64,000 nucleotides of DNA from positions 11,098,001-11,162,000 of the forward strand of contig CM120641.1 of NCBI GenBank assembly GCA_051362555.1. The letters run 5' to 3'. The DNA comes from Lingula anatina (taxonomy: Eukaryota; Animalia; Brachiopoda). The notes below the pieces were generated by a model. The model searched no databases. It worked only from the letters and a program-made list of their open reading frames with translations, and was not told where the DNA came from. This document shows, one piece after another, positions 12,401 to 27,400 of the stretch (position 1 is its first letter; each line of letters begins with the position of its first letter). The translations under genes and the position numbers were made by a program.

Positions 12401-15400
12401 GACAGTTGTAGTCTCTTGTGCAGTCACACCAGAGGCTTGTGTTGTAACATCTGCAGCTGCTGTGGAGCTAGCATCAGTAACAGCAGCTGTCTGTGCCTGT
12501 GTGGTTACATCGGCAGCAGCAGTAGTATGGGCTTGAGTTGTTGCTGCCTGTGAAGTTACATCACCTGCGACAGTTGTAGTCTCTTGTGCAGTCACACCAG
12601 AGGCTTGTGTTGTAACATCTGCAGCTGCTGTGGTGCTTGCATCAGTAACAGCAGCTGTCTGTGCCTGTGTGGTTACATCGGCAGCAGCAGTAGTCTGGGC
12701 TTGAGTTGTTGCTGCCTGTGAAGTTACATCACCTGCGACAGTTGTAGTCTCTTGTGCAGTCACACCAGAGGCTTGTGTTGTAACATCTGCAGCTGCTGTG
12801 GTGCTTGCATCAGTAACAACGGCTGTCTGTGCCTGTGTGGTTACATCGGCTGCAGCAGTAGTCTGGGCTTGAGTTGTTGCTGCCTGTGAAGTTACATCAC
12901 CTGCGACAGTTGTAGTCTCTTGTGCAGTCACACCAGAGGCTTGTGTTGTAACATCTGCAGCTGCTGTTGTGCTTGCATCAGTAACAACGGTTGTCTGTGC
13001 CTGTGTGGTTACATCGGCTGCAGCATTAGTCTGGGCTTGAGTTGTTGCTGCCTGTGAAGTTACATCACCTGCGACAGTTGTAGTCTCTTGTGCAGTCACA
13101 CCAGAGGCTTGTGTTGTAACATCTGCAGCTGCTGTGGTGCTTGCATCAGTAACAGCAGCTGTCTGTGCCTTTTTGGTTACATCGGCAGCAGTAGTCTGGG
13201 CTTGAGTTGTTGCTGCCTGTGAAGTTACATCACCTGCGACAGTTGTAGTCTCTTGTGCAGTTACACCAGAGGCTTGTGTTGTAACATCTGCAGCTGCTGT
13301 GGTGCTTGCATCAGTAACAGCAGCTGTCTGTGCCTGTGTGGTTACATCGGCAGCAGCAGTAGTCTGGGCTTGAGATGTTGGTGCCTGTGAAGTTACATCA
13401 CCTGCGACAGTTGTAGTCTCTTGTGCAGTCACACCAGAGGCTTGTGTTGTAACATCTGCAGCTGCTGTGGTGCTTGCATCAGCAACAATGGCTGTCTGTG
13501 CCTGTGTGGTTACATCGGCTGCAACAGTAGTCTTGGCTTGAGTTGTTGCTGCCTGTGAAGTTACATCACCTGCGACAGTTGTAGTCTCTTGTGCAGTCAC
13601 ACCAGAGGCTTGTGTTGTAACATCTGCAGCTGCTGTGGTGCTTGCATCAGTAACAGCAGCTGTCTGTGCCTGTGTGGTTACATCGGCAGTAGCAGTAGTC
13701 TGGGCTTGAGTTGTTGCTGCCTGAGAAATTACATCACCTGCGACAGTTGAAGTCTCTTGTGCAGTCACACCAGAGGCTTGTGTTGTAACATCTGCAGCTG
13801 CTGTGGTGCTTGCATCAACAACAGGAGCTGTCTGTGCCTGTGTGGTTACATCGGCAGCAGCAGTAGTCTGGGCTTGAGTTGTTGCTGCCTGTGAAGTTAC
13901 ATCACCTGCGACAGTTGTAGTTTCTTGTGCAGTTACACCAGAGGCTTGTGTTGTAACATCTGCAGCTGCTGTGGTGCTTGCATCAGTAACAGCAGCTGTC
14001 TGTGCCTGTGTGGTTACATCGGTAGCAGCAGTAGTCTGGGCTTGAGATGTTGGTGCCTGTGAAGTTACATCACCTGCGACAGTTGTAGTCTCTTGTGCAG
14101 TCACACCAGAGGCTTGTGTTGTAACATCTGCAGCTGCTGTGGTGCTTGCATCAGTAACAACGGCTGTCTGTGCCTGTGTGGTTACATTGGCTGCAGCAGT
14201 AGTCTGGGCTTGAGTTGTTGCTGCCTGTGAAGTTACATCACCTGCGACAGTTGTAGTCTCTTGTGCAGTCACACCATAGGCTTGTGTTGTAACATCTGCA
14301 GCTGCTGTGGTGCTTGCATCAGTAACAGCAGCTGTCTGTGCCTGTGTGGTTACATCGGCAGCAGCAGTAGTCTGGGCTTGAGTTGTTGCTGCCTGTGAAG
14401 TTACATCACCTGCGACAGTTGTAGTCTCTTGTGCAGTCACACCAGAGGCTTGTGTTGTAACATCGGCAGCAGCAGTAGTCTGGGCTTGAGTTGTTGCTGC
14501 CTGTGAAGTTACATCACCTGCGACAGTTGTAGTCTCTTGTGCAGTCACACCAGAGGCTGGTGTTGTAACATCTGCAGCTGCTGTGGTGCTTGCATCAGTA
14601 ACAGCAGCTGTCTGTGCCTGTGTGGTTACATCGGCAGCAGCAGTAGTCTGGGCTTCATTTGTTGCTGCCTGTGAAGTTACATCACCTGCGACAGTTGAAG
14701 TCTCTTGTGCAGTCACACCAGAGGCTTGTGTTGTAACATCTACAGCTGCAGTGGTGCTTGCATCAGTAACTGCAGCTGTCTGTGCCTGTGTGGTTACATC
14801 GGCAGCAGCAGTAGTCTGGGCTTGAGTTGTTGCTGCCTGTGAAGTTACATCACCTGCGACAGTTGAAGTCTCTTGTGCAGTCACACCAGAGGCTTGTGTT
14901 GTAACATCTGCAGCTGCTGTGGTGCTTGCATCAGTAACAGGAGCTGTCTGTGCCTGTGTGGTTACATCGGCAGCAGCAGTAGTCTGGGCTTGAGTTGTTG
15001 CTGCCTGTGAAGTTACATCACCTGCGACAGTTGTAGTTTCTTGTGCAGTTACACCAGAGGCCTGTGTTGTAACATCTGCAGCTGCTGTGGTGCTTGCATC
15101 AGTAACAGCAGCTGTCTGTGCCTGTGTGGTTACATCGGTAGCAGCAGTAGTCTGGGCTTGAGATGTTGGTGCCTGTGAAGTTACATCACCTGCGACAGTT
15201 GTAGTCTCTTGTGCAGTCACACCAGAGGCTTGTGTTGTAACATCTGCAGCTGCTGTGGTGCTTGCATCAGTAACAACGGCTGTCTGTGCCTGTGTGGTTA
15301 CATCGGCTGCAGCAGTAGTCTGGGCTTGAGTTGTTGCTGCCTGTGAAGTTACATCACCTGCGACAGTTGTAGTCTCTTGTGCAGTCACACCAGAGGCTTG

Positions 15401-18400
15401 TGTTGTAACATCTGCAGCTGCTGTGGTGCTTGCATCAGTAACAGCAGCTGTCTGTGCCTGTGTGGTTACATCGGCAGCAGCAGTAGTCTGGGCTTGAGTT
15501 GTTGCTGCCTGTGAAGTTACATCACCTGCGACAGTTGTAGTCTCTTGTGCAGTCACACCAGAGGCTTGTGTTGTAACATCGGCAGCAGCAGTAGTCTGGG
15601 CTTGAGTTGTTGCTGCCTGTGAAGTTACATCACCTGCGACAGTTGTAGTCTCTTGTGCAGTCACACCAGAGGCTTGTGTTGTAACATCTACAGCTGCTGT
15701 GGTGCTTGCATCAGTAACTGCAGCTGTCTGTGCCTGTGTGGTTACATCGACAGCAGCAGTAGTCTGGGCTTGAGTTGTTGCTGCCTGTGAAGTTACATCA
15801 CCTGCGACAGTTGAAGTCTCTTGTGCAGTCACACCAGAGGCTTGTGTTGTAACATCTGCAGCTGCTGTGGTGCTTGCATCAGTAACAGCAGCTGTCTGTG
15901 CCTGTGTGGTTACATCGGCAGAAGCAGTAGTCTGGGCTTGAGTTGTTGCTGCCTGAGAAATTACATCACCTGCGACAGTTGAAGTCTCTTGTGCAGTCAC
16001 ACCAGAGGCTTGTGTTGTAACATCTGCAGCTGCTGTGGTGCTTGCATCAGTAACAGGAGCTGTCTGTGCCTGTGTGGTTACATCGGCAGCAGCAGTAGTC
16101 TGGGCTTGAGTTGTTGCTGCCTGTGAAGTTACATCACCTGCGACAGTTGTAGTTTCTTGTGCAGTTACACCAGAGGCTTGTGTTGTAACATCTGCAGCTG
16201 CTGTGGTGCTTGCATCAGTAACAGCAGCTGTCTGTGCCTGTGTGGTTACATCGGTAGCAGCAGTAGTCTGGGCTTGAGATGTTGGTGCCTGTGAAGTTAC
16301 ATCACCTGCGACAGTTGTAGTCTCTTGTGCAGTCACACCAGAGGCTTGTGTTGTAACATCTGCAGCTGCTGTGGTGCTTGCATCAGTAACAACGGCTGTC
16401 TGTGCCTGTGTGGTTACATCGGCTGCAGCAGTAGTCTGGGCTTGAGTTGTTGCTGCCTGTGAAGTTACATCACCTGCGACAGTTGTAGTCTCTTGTGCAG
16501 TCACACCAGAGGCTTGTGTTGTAACATCTGCAGCTGCTGTGGTGCTTGCATCAGTAACAGCAGCTGTCTGTGCCTGTGTGGTTACATCGGCAGCAGCAGT
16601 AGTCTGGGCTTGAGTTGTTGCTGCCTGTGAAGTTACATCACCTGCGACAGTTGTAGTCTCTTGTGCAGTCACACCAGAGGCTTGTGTTGTAACATCGGCA
16701 GCAGCAGTAGTCTGGGCTTGAGTTGTTGCTGCCTGTGAAGTTACATCACCTGTGACAGTTGTAGTCTCTTGTGCAGTCACACCAGAGGCTTGTGTTGTAA
16801 CATCTACAGCTGCTGTGGTGCTTGCATCAGTAACTGCAGCTGTCTGTGCCTGTGTGGTTACATCGGCAGCAGCAGTAGTCTGGGCTTGAGTTGTTGCTGC
16901 CTGTGAAGTTACATCACCTGCGACAGTTGAAGTCTCTTGTGCAGTCACACCAGAGGCTTGTGTTGTAACATCTGCAGCTGCTGTGGTGCTTGCATCAGTA
17001 ACAGCAGCTGTCTGTGCCTGTGTGGTTACATCGGCAGAAGCAGTAGTCTGGGCTTGAGTTGTTGCTGCCTGAGAAATTACATCACCTGCGACAGTTGAAG
17101 TCTCTTGTGCAGTCACACCAGAGGCTTGTGTTGTAACATCTGCAGCTGCTGTGGTGCTTGCATCAGTAACAGGAGCTGTCTGTGCCTGTGTGGTTACATC
17201 GGCAGCAGCAGTAGTCTGGGCTTGAGTTGTTGCTGCCTGTGAAGTTACATCACCTGCGACAGTTGTAGTTTCTTGTGCAGTTACACCAGAGGCTTGTGTT
17301 GTAACATCTGCAGCTGCTGTGGTGCTTGCATCAGTAACAGCAGCTGTCTGTGCCTGTGTGGTTACATCGGTAGCAGCAGTAGTCTGGGCTTGAGATGTTG
17401 GTGCCTGTGAAGTTACATCACCTGCGACAGTTGTAGTCTCTTGTGCAGTCACACCAGAGGCTTGTGTTGTAACATCTGCAGCTGCTGTGGTGCTTGCATC
17501 AGTAACAGCAGCTGTCTGTGCCTGTGTGGTTACATCGGCTGCAGCAGTAGTCTGGGCTTGAGTTGTTGCTGCCTGTGAAGTTACATCACCTGCGACAGTT
17601 GTAGTCTCTTGTGCAGTCACACCAGAGGCTTGTGTTGTAACATCTGCAGCTGCTGTGGTGCTTGCATCAGTAACAGCAGCTGTCTGTGCCTGTGTGGTTA
17701 CATCGGCAGCAGCAGTAGTCTGGGCTTGAGTTGTTGCTGCCTGGGAAGTTACATCACCTGCGACAGTTGTAGTCTCTTGTGCAGTCACACCAGTGGCTTG
17801 TGTTGTAACATCGGCAGCAGCAGTAGTCTGGGCTTGAGTTGTTGCTGCCTGTGAAGTTACATCACCTGCGACAGTTGTAGTCTCTTGTGCAGTCACACCA
17901 GAGGCTGGTGTTGTAACATCTGCAGCTGCTGTGGTGCTTGCATCAGTAACAGCAGCTGTCTGTGCCTGTGTGGTTACATCGGCAGCAGCAGTAGTCTGGG
18001 CTTCATTTGTTGCTGCCTGTGAAGTTACATCACCTGCGACAGTTGAAGTCTCTTGTGCAGTCACACCAGAGGCTTGTGTTGTAACATCTACAGCTGCTGT
18101 GGTGCTTGCATCAGTAACTGCAGCTGTCTGTGCCTGTGTGGTTACATCGGCAGCAGCAGTAGTCTGGGCTTGAGTTGTTGCTGCCTGTGAAGTTACATCA
18201 CCTGCGACAGTTGAAGTCTCTTGTGCAGTCACACCAGAGGCTGGTGTTGTAACATCTGCAGCTGCTGTGGTGCTTGCATCAGTAACAGCAGCTGTCTGTG
18301 CCTGTGTGGTTATATCGGCAGCAGCAGTAGTCTGGGCTTGAGTTGTTGCTGCCTGAGAAATTACATCACCTGCGACAGTTGAAGTCTCTTGTGCAGTCAC

Positions 18401-21400
18401 ACCAGAGGCTTGTGTTGTAACATCTGCAGCTGCTGTGGTGCTTGCATCAGTAACAGGAGCTGTCTGTGCCTGTGTGGTTACATCGGCAGCAGCAGTAGTC
18501 TGGGCTTGAGTTGTTGCTGCCTGTGAAGTTACATCACCTGCGACAGTTGTAGTCTCTTGTGCAGTCACACCAGAGGCTTGTGTTGTAACATCTGCAGCTG
18601 CTGTGGTGCTTGCATCAGTAACAGCAGCTGTCTGTGCCTGTGTGGTTACATCGGCAGCAGCAGTAGTCTGGGCTTCAGTTGTTGCTGCCTGTGAAGTTAC
18701 ATCACCTGCGACAGTTGTAGTCTCTTGTGCAGTCACACCAGAGGCTTGTGTTGTAACATCTGCAGCTGCTGTGGTGCTTGCATCAGTAACAACGGCTGTC
18801 TGTGCCTGTGTGGTAACATCGGCAGCAGCAGTAGTCTGGGCTTGAGTTGTTGCTGCCTGTGAAGTTACATCACCTGCGACAGTTGTAGTCTCTTGTGCAG
18901 TCACACCAGAGGCTTGTGTTGTAACATCTGCAGCTGCTGTGGTGCTTCCATCAGTAACAGCAGCTGTCTGTGCCTGTGTGGTTACATCGGCAGCAGCAGT
19001 AGTCTGGGCTTGAGTTGTTGCTGCCTGTGAAGTTACATCACCTGCAATAGTTGTAGTCTCTTGTGCAGTCACACCAGAGGCTTGTGTTGTAACATCGGCA
19101 GCAGCAGTAGTCTGGGCTTGAGTTGTTGCTGCCTGTGAAGTTACATCACCTGCGACAGTTGTAGTCTCTTGTGCAGTCACACCAGAGGCTGGTGTTGTAA
19201 CATCTGCAGCTGCTGTGGTGCTTGCATCAGTAACAGCAGCTGTCTGTGCCTGTGTGGTTACATCGGCAGCAGCAGTAGTCTGGGCGTCATTTGTTGCTGC
19301 CTGTGAAGTTACATCACCTGCGACAGTTGAAGTCTCTTGTGCAGTCACACCAGAGGCTAGTGTTGTAACATCTACAGCTGCTGTGGTGCTTGCATCAGTA
19401 ACTGCAGCTGTCTGTGCCTGTGTGGTTACATCGGCAGCAGCAGTAGTCTGGGCTTGAGTTGTTGCTGCCTGTGAAGTTACATCACCTGCGACAGTTGTAG
19501 TCTCTTGTGCAGTCACACCAGAGGCTTGTGTTGTAACATCGGCAGCAGCAGTAGTCTGGGCTTGAGTTGTTGCTGCCTGTGAAGTTACATCACCTGCGAC
19601 AGTTGAAGTCTCTTGTGCAGTCACACCAGAGGCTTGTGTTGTAACATCTGCAGCTGCTGTGGTGCTTGCATCAGTAACAGCAGCTGTCTGTGCCTGTGTG
19701 GTTACATCGGCAGAAGCAGTAGTCTGGGCTTGAGTTGTTGCTGCCTGAGAAATTACATCACCTGCGACAGTTGAAGTCTCTTGTGCAGTCACACCAGAGG
19801 CTTGTGTTGTAACATCTGCAGCTGCTGTGGTGCTTGCATCAGTAACAGGAGCTGTCTGTGCCTGTGTGGTTACATCGGCAGCAGCAGTAGTCTGGGCTTG
19901 AGTTGTTGCTGCCTGTGAAGTTACATCACCTGCGACAGTTGTAGTTTCTTGTGCAGTTACACCAGAGGCTTGTGTTATAACATCTGCAGCTGCTGTGGTG
20001 CTTGCATCAGTAACAGCAGCTGTCTGTGCCTGTGTGGTTACATCGGTAGCAGCAGTAGTCTGGGCTTGAGATGTTGGTGCCTGTGAAGTTACATCACCTG
20101 CGACAGTTGTAGTCTCTTGTGCAGTCACACCAGAGGCTTGTGTTGTAACATCTGCAGCTGCTGTGGTGCTTGCATCAGTAACAGCAGCTGTCTGTGCCTG
20201 TGTGGTTACATCGGCTGCAGCAGTAGTCTGGGCTTGAGTTGTTGCTGCCTGTGAAGTTACATCACCTGCGACAGTTGTAGTCTCTTGTGCAGTCACACCA
20301 GAGGCTTGTGTTGTAACATCTGCAGCTGCTGTGGTGCTTGCATCAGTAACAGCAGCTGTCTGTGCCTGTGTGGTTACATCGGCAGCAGCAGTAGTCTGGG
20401 CTTGAGTTGTTGCTGCCTGGGAAGTTACATCACCTGCGACAGTTGTAGTCTCTTGTGCAGTCACACCAGTGGCTTGTGTTGTAACATCGGCAGCAGCAGT
20501 AGTCTGGGCTTGAGTTGTTGCTGCCTGTGAAGTTACATCACCTGCGACAGTTGTAGTCTCTTGTGCAGTCACACCAGAGGCTGGTGTTGTAACATCTGCA
20601 GCTGCTGTGGTGCTTGCATCAGTAACAGCAGCTGTCTGTGCCTGTGTGGTTACATCGGCAGCAGCAGTAGTCTGGGCTTCATTTGTTGCTGCCTGTGAAG
20701 TTACATCACCTGCGACAGTTGAAGTCTCTTGTGCAGTCACACCAGAGGCTTGTGTTGTAACATCTACAGCTGCTGTGGTGCTTGCATCAGTAACTGCAGC
20801 TGTCTGTGCCTGTGTGGTTACATCGGCAGCAGCAGTAGTCTGGGCTTGAGTTGTTGCTGCCTGTGAAGTTACATCACCTGCGACAGTTGAAGTCTCTTGT
20901 GCAGTCACACCAGAGGCTTGTGTTGTAACATCTGCAGCTGCTGTGGTGCTTGCATCAGTAACAGCAGCTGTCTGTGCCTGTGTGGTTATATCGGCAGCAG
21001 CAGTAGTCTGGGCTTGAGTTGTTGCTGCCTGAGAAATTACATCACCTGCGACAGTTGAAGTCTCTTGTGCAGTCACACCAGAGGCTTGTGTTGTAACATC
21101 TGCAGCTGCTGTGGTGCTTGCATCAGTAACAGGAGCTGTCTGTGCCTGTGTGGTTACATCGGCAGCAGCAGTAGTCTGGGCTTGAGTTGTTGCTGCCTGT
21201 GAAGTTACATCACCTGCGACAGTTGTAGTCTCTTGTGCAGTCACACCAGAGGCTTGTGTTGTAACATCTGCAGCTGCTGTGGTGCTTGCATCAGTAACAG
21301 CAGCTGTCTGTGCCTGTGTGGTTACATCGGCAGCAGCAGTAGTCTGGGCTTGAGATGTTGGTGCCTGTGAAGTTACATCACCTGCGACAGTTGTAGTCTC

Positions 21401-24400
21401 TTGTGCAGTCACACCAGAGGCTTGTGTTGTAACATCTGCAGTTGCTGTGGTGCTTGCATCAGCAACAATGGCTGTCTGTGCCTGTGTGGTTACATCGGCT
21501 GCAACAGTAGTCTTGGCTTGAGTTGTTGCTGCCTGTGAAGTTACATCACCTGCGACAGTTGTAGTCTCTTGTGCAGTCACACCAGAGGCTTGTGTTGTAA
21601 CATCTGCAGCTGCTGTGGTGCTTGCATCAGTAACAGCAGCTGTCTGTGCCTGTGTGGTTACATCAGCAGCAGCAGTAGTCTGGGCTTGAGTTGTTGCTGC
21701 CTGTGAAGTTACATCACCTGCGACAGTTGTAGTCTCTTGTGCAGTCACACCAGAGGCTTGTGTTGTAACATCGGCAGCTGCTGTGGTGCTTGCATCAGTA
21801 ACAGCAGCTGTCTGTGCCTGTGTGGTTACATCGGAAGCAGCAGTAGTCTGGGCTTCAGTTGTTGCTGCCTGTGAAGTTACATCACCTGCGACAGTTGTAG
21901 TCTCTTGTGCAGTCACACCAGAGGCTTGTGTTGTAACATCTGTAGCTGCTGTGGTGCTTGCATCAGTAACAGTAGCTGTCTGTGCCTGTGTGGTTACATC
22001 GGCAGCAGCAGTAGTCTGGGCTTGAGTTGTTGCTGCCTGTGAAGTTACATCACCTGCGACAGTTGAAGTCTCTTGTGCAGTCACACCAGAGGCTTGTTTT
22101 GTAACATCTGCAGCTGCTGTGGTGCTTGCATCAGTAACAGCAGCTGTCTGTGAATGTGTGGTTACATCGGCAGCAGCAGTAGTCTGGGCTTGAGTTGTTG
22201 CTGCCTGTGAAGTTACATCACCTGCGACAGTTGTAGTCTCTTTTGCAGTTACACCAGAGGCTTGTGTTGTAACATCTGCAGCTGCTGTGGTGCTTGCATC
22301 AGTAACAGCAGCTGTCTGTGCCTGTGTGGTTACATCGGCAGCAGCAGTAGTCTGGGCTTGAGATGTTGGTGCCTGTGAAGTTACATCACCTGCCACAGTT
22401 GTAGTCTCTTGTGCAGTCACACCAGAGGCTTGTGTTGTAACATCTGCAGCTGCTGTGGTGCTTGCATCAGTAACAGCAGCTGTCTGTGCCTGTGTGGTTA
22501 CATCGGCAGCAGCAGTAGTCTGGGCTTGAGTTGTTGCTGCCTGTGAAGTTACATCACCTGCGACAGTTGTAGTCTCTTGTGCAGTTACACCAAAGGCTTG
22601 TGTTGTAACATCTGCAGCTGCTGTGGTGCTTGCATCAGTAACAGCAGCTGTCTGTGTCTGTGTGGTTACATCGGCAGCAGCAGTAGTCTGGGCTTGAGAT
22701 GTTGGTGCCTGTGAAGTTACATCACCTGCGACAGTTGTAGTCTCTTGTGCAGTCACACCAGAGGCTTGTGTTGTAACATCTGCAGTTGCTGTGGTGCTTG
22801 CATCAGCAACAATGGCTGTCTGTGCCTGTGTGGTTACATCGGCTGCAACAGTAGTCTTGGCTTGAGTTGTTGCTGCCCGTGAAGTTACATCACCTGCGAC
22901 AGTTGTAGTCTCTTGTGCAGTCACACCAGAGGCTTGTGTTGTAACATCTGTAGCTGCTGTGGTGCTTGCATCAGTAACAGTAGCTGTCTGTGCCTGTGTG
23001 GTTACATCGGCAGCAGCAGTAGTCTGGGCTTGAGTTGTTGCTGCCTGTGAAGTTACATCACCTGCGACAGTTGAAGTCTCTTGTGCAGTCACACCAGAGG
23101 CTTGTTTTGTAACATCTGCAGCTGCTGTGGTGCTTGCATCAGTAACAGCAGCTGTCTGTGAATGTGTGGTTACATCGGCAGCAGCAGTAGTCTGGGCTTG
23201 AGTTGTTGCTGCCTGTGAAGTTACATCACCTGCGACAGTTGTAGTCTCTTTTGCAGTTACACCAGAGGCTTGTGTTGTAACATCTGCAGCTGCTGTGGTG
23301 CTTGCATCAGTAACAGCAGCTGTCTGTGCCTGTGTGGTTACATCGGCAGCAGCAGTAGTCTGGGCTTGAGATGTTGGTGCCTGTGAAGTTACATCACCTG
23401 CCACAGTTGTAGTCTCTTGTGCAGTCACACCAGAGGCTTGTGTTGTAACATCTGCAGCTGCTGTGGTGCTTGCATCAGTAACAGCAGCTGTCTGTGCCTG
23501 TGTGGTTACATCGGCAGCAGCAGTAGTCTGGGCTTGAGTTGTTGCTGCCTGTGAAGTTACATCACCTGCGACAGTTGTAGTCTCTTGTGCAGTTACACCA
23601 AAGGCTTGTGTTGTAACATCTGCAGCTGCTGTGGTGCTTGCATCAGTAACAGCAGCTGTCTGTGTCTGTGTGGTTACATCGGCAGCAGCAGTAGTCTGGG
23701 CTTGAGATGTTGGTGCCTGTGAAGTTACATCACCTGCGACAGTTGTAGTCTCTTGTGCAGTCACACCAGAGGCTTGTGTTGTAACATCTGCAGTTGCTGT
23801 GGTGCTTGCATCAGCAACAATGGCTGTCTGTGCCTGTGTGGTTACATCGGCTGCAACAGTAGTCTTGGCTTGAGTTGTTGCTGCCCGTGAAGTTACATCA
23901 CCTGCGACAGTTGTAGTCTCTTGTGCAGTCACACCAGAGGCTTGTGTTGTAACATCTGCAGCTGCTGTGGTGCTTGCATCAGTAACAGCAGCTGTCTGTG
24001 CCTGTGTGGTTACATCGGCAGTAGCAGTAGTCTGGGCTTGAGTTGTTGCTGCCTGAGAAATTACATCACCTGCGACAGTTGAAGTCTCTTGTGCAGTCAC
24101 ACCAGAGGCTTGTGTTGTAACATCTGCAGCTGCTGTGGTGCTTGCATCAGTAACAGGAGCTGTCTGTGCCTGTGTGGTTACATCGGCAGCAGCAGTAGTC
24201 TGGGCTTGAGTTGTTGCTGCCTGTGAAGTTACATCACCTGCGACAGTTGTAGTTTCTTGTGCAGTTACACCAGAGGCTTGTGTTGTAACATCTGCAGCTG
24301 CTGTGGTGCTTGCATCAGTAACAGCAGCTGTCTGTGCCTGTGTGGTTACATCGGTAGCAGCAGTAGTCTGGGCTTGAGATGTTGGTGCCTGTGAAGTTAC

Positions 24401-27400
24401 ATCACCTGCGACAGTTGTAGTCTCTTGTGCAGTCACACCAGAGGCTTGTGTTGTAACATCTGCAGCTGCTGTGGTGCTTGCATCAGTAACAACGGCTGTC
24501 TGTGCCTGTGTGGTTACATCGGCTGCAGCAGTAGTCTGGGCTTCAGTTGTTGCTGCCTGTGAAGTTACATCACCTGCGACAGTTGTAGTCTCTTGTGCAG
24601 TCACACCAGAGGCTTGTGTTGTAACATCTGCAGCTGCTGTGGTGCTTGCATCAGTAACAGCAGCTGTCTGTGCCAGTGTGGTTACATCGGCAGCAGCAGT
24701 AGTCTGGGCTTGAGTTGTTGCTGCCTGTGAAGTTACATCACCTGCGACAGTTGTAGTCTCTTGTGCAGTCACACCAGAGGCTTGTGTTGTAACATCGGCA
24801 GCAGCAGTAGTCTGGGCTTGAGTTGTTGCTGCCTGTGAAGTTACATCACCTGCGACAGTTGTAGTCTCTTGTGCAGTCACACCAGAGGCTGGTGTTGTAA
24901 CATCTGCAGCTGCTGTGGTGCTTGCATCAGTAACAGCAGCTGTCTGTGCCTGTGTGGTTACATCGGCAGCAGCAGTAGTCTGGGCTTCATTTGTTGCTGC
25001 CTGTGAAGTTACATCACCTGCGACAGTTGAAGTCTCTTGTGCAGTCACACCAGAGGCTTGTGTTGTAACATCTACAGCTGCTGTGGTGCTTGCATCAGTA
25101 ACTGCAGCTGTCTGTGCCTGTGTGGTTACATCGGCAGCAGCAGTAGTCTGGGCTTGAGTTGTTGCTGCCTGTGAAGTTACATCACCTGCGACAGTTGAAG
25201 TCTCTTGTGCAGTCACACCAGAGGCTTGTGTTGTAACATCTGCAGCTGCTGTGGTGCTTGCATCAGTAACAGGAGCTGTCTGTGCCTGTGTGGTTACATC
25301 GGCAGCAGCAGTAGTCTGGGCTTGAGTTGTTGCTGCCTGTGAAGTTACATCACCTGCGACAGTTGTAGTCTCTTGTGCAGTCACACCAGAGGCTTGTGTT
25401 GTAACATCTGCAGCTGCTGTGGTGCTTGCATCAGTAACAGCAGCTGTCTGTGCCTGTGTGGTTACATCGGCAGCAGCAGTAGTCTGGGCTTCAGTTGTTG
25501 CTGCCTGTGAAGTTACATCACCTGCGACAGTTGTAGTCTCTTGTGCAGTCACACCAGAGGCTTGTGTTGTAACATCTGCAGCTGCTGTGGTGCTTGCATC
25601 AGTAACAACGGCTGTCTGTACCTGTGTGGTAACATCGGCAGCAGCAGTAGTCTGGGCTTGAGTTGTTGCTGCCTGTGAAGTTACATCACCTGCGACAGTT
25701 GTAGTCTCTTGTGCAGTCACACCAGAGGCTTGTGTTGTAACATCTGCAGCTGCTGTGGTGCTTGCATCAGTAACAGCAGCTGTCTGTGCCTGTGTGGTTA
25801 CATCGGCAGCAGCAGTAGTCTGGGCTTGAGTTGTTGCTGCCTGTGAAGTTACATCACCTGCGACAGTTGTAGTCTCTTGTGCAGTCACACCAGAGGCTTG
25901 TGTTGTAACATCGGCAGCAGCAGTAGTCTGGGCTTGAGTTGTTGCTGCCTGTGAAGTTACATCACCTGCGACAGTTGTAGTCTCTTTTGCAGTTACACCA
26001 GAGGCTTGTGTTGTAACATCTGCAGCTGCTGTGGTGCTTGCATCAGTAACAGCAGCTGTCTGTGCCTGTGTGGTTACATCGGCAGCAGCAGTAGTCTGGG
26101 CTTGAGATGTTGGTGCCTGTGAAGTTACATCACCTGCCACAGTTGTAGTCTCTTGTGCAGTCACACCAGAGGATTGTGTTGTAACATCTGCAGCTGCTGT
26201 GGTGCTTGCATCAGTAACAGCAGCTGTCTGTGCCTGTGTGGTTACATCGGCAGCAGCAGTAGTCTGGGCTTGAGTTGTTGCTGCCTGTGAAGTTACATCA
26301 CCTGCGACAGTTGTAGTCTCTTGTGCAGTTACACCAGAGGCTTGTGTTGTAACATCTGCAGCTGCTGTGGTGCTTGCATCAGTAAGAGCAGCTGTCTGTG
26401 CCTGTGTGGTTACATCGGCAGCAGCAGTAGTCTGGGCTTGAGATGTTGGTGCCTGTGAAGTTACATCACCTGCGACAGTTGTAGTCTCTTGTGCAGTCAC
26501 ACCAGAGGCTTGTGTTGTAACATCTGCAGCTGCTGTGGTGCTTGCATCAGCAACAATGGCTGTCTGTGCCTGTGTGGTTACATCGGCTGCAACAGTAGTC
26601 TTGGCTTGAGTTGTTGCTGCCTGTGAAGTTACATCACCTGCGACAGTTGTAGTCTCTTGTGCAGTCACACCAGAGGCTTGTGTTGTAACATCTGCAGCTG
26701 CTGTGGTGCTTGCATCAGTAACAGCAGCTGTCTGTGCCTGTGTGGTTACATCGGCAGTAGCAGTAGTCTGGGCTTGAGTTGTTGCTGCCTGAGAAATTAC
26801 ATCACCTGCGACAGTTGAAGTCTCTTGTGCAGTCACACCAGAGGCTTGTGTTGTAACATCTGCAGCTGCTGTGGTGCTTGCATCAGTAACAGGAGCTGTC
26901 TGTGCCTGTGTGGTTACATCGGCAGCAGCAGTAGTCTGGGCTTGAGTTGTTGCTGCCTGTGAAGTTACATCACCTGCGACAGTTGTAGTCTCTTGTGCAG
27001 TCACACCAGAGGCTTGTGTTGTAACATCTGCAGCTGCTGTGGTGCTTGCATCAGTAACAGCAGCTGTCTGTGCCTGTGTGGTTACATCGGCAGCAGCAGT
27101 AGTCTGGGCTTCAGTTGTTGCTGCCTGTGAAGTTACATCACCTGCGACAGTTGTAGTCTCTTGTGCAGTCACACCAGAGGCTTGTGTTGTAACATCTGCA
27201 GCTGCTGTGGTGCTTGCATCAGTAACAACGGCTGTCTGTGCCTGTGTGGTAACATCGGCAGCAGCAGTAGGCTGGGCTTGAGTTGTTGCTGCCTGTGAAG
27301 TTACATCACCTGCGACAGTTGTAGTCTCTTGTGCAGTCACACCAGAGGCTTGTGTTGTAACATCTGCAGCTGCTGTGGTGCTTGCATCAGTAACAGCAGC

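Noticed and set aside
17609-20530. Two Cys-rich plus-strand ORFs (MCSHTRGLCCNICSCC…) resembling metallothionein or keratin-associated proteins
   Set aside because: Another antisense frame of the repeat, opened by a synonymous tgtgaa>tgggaa change. The Cys richness simply mirrors ACA/GCA codons on the sense strand.
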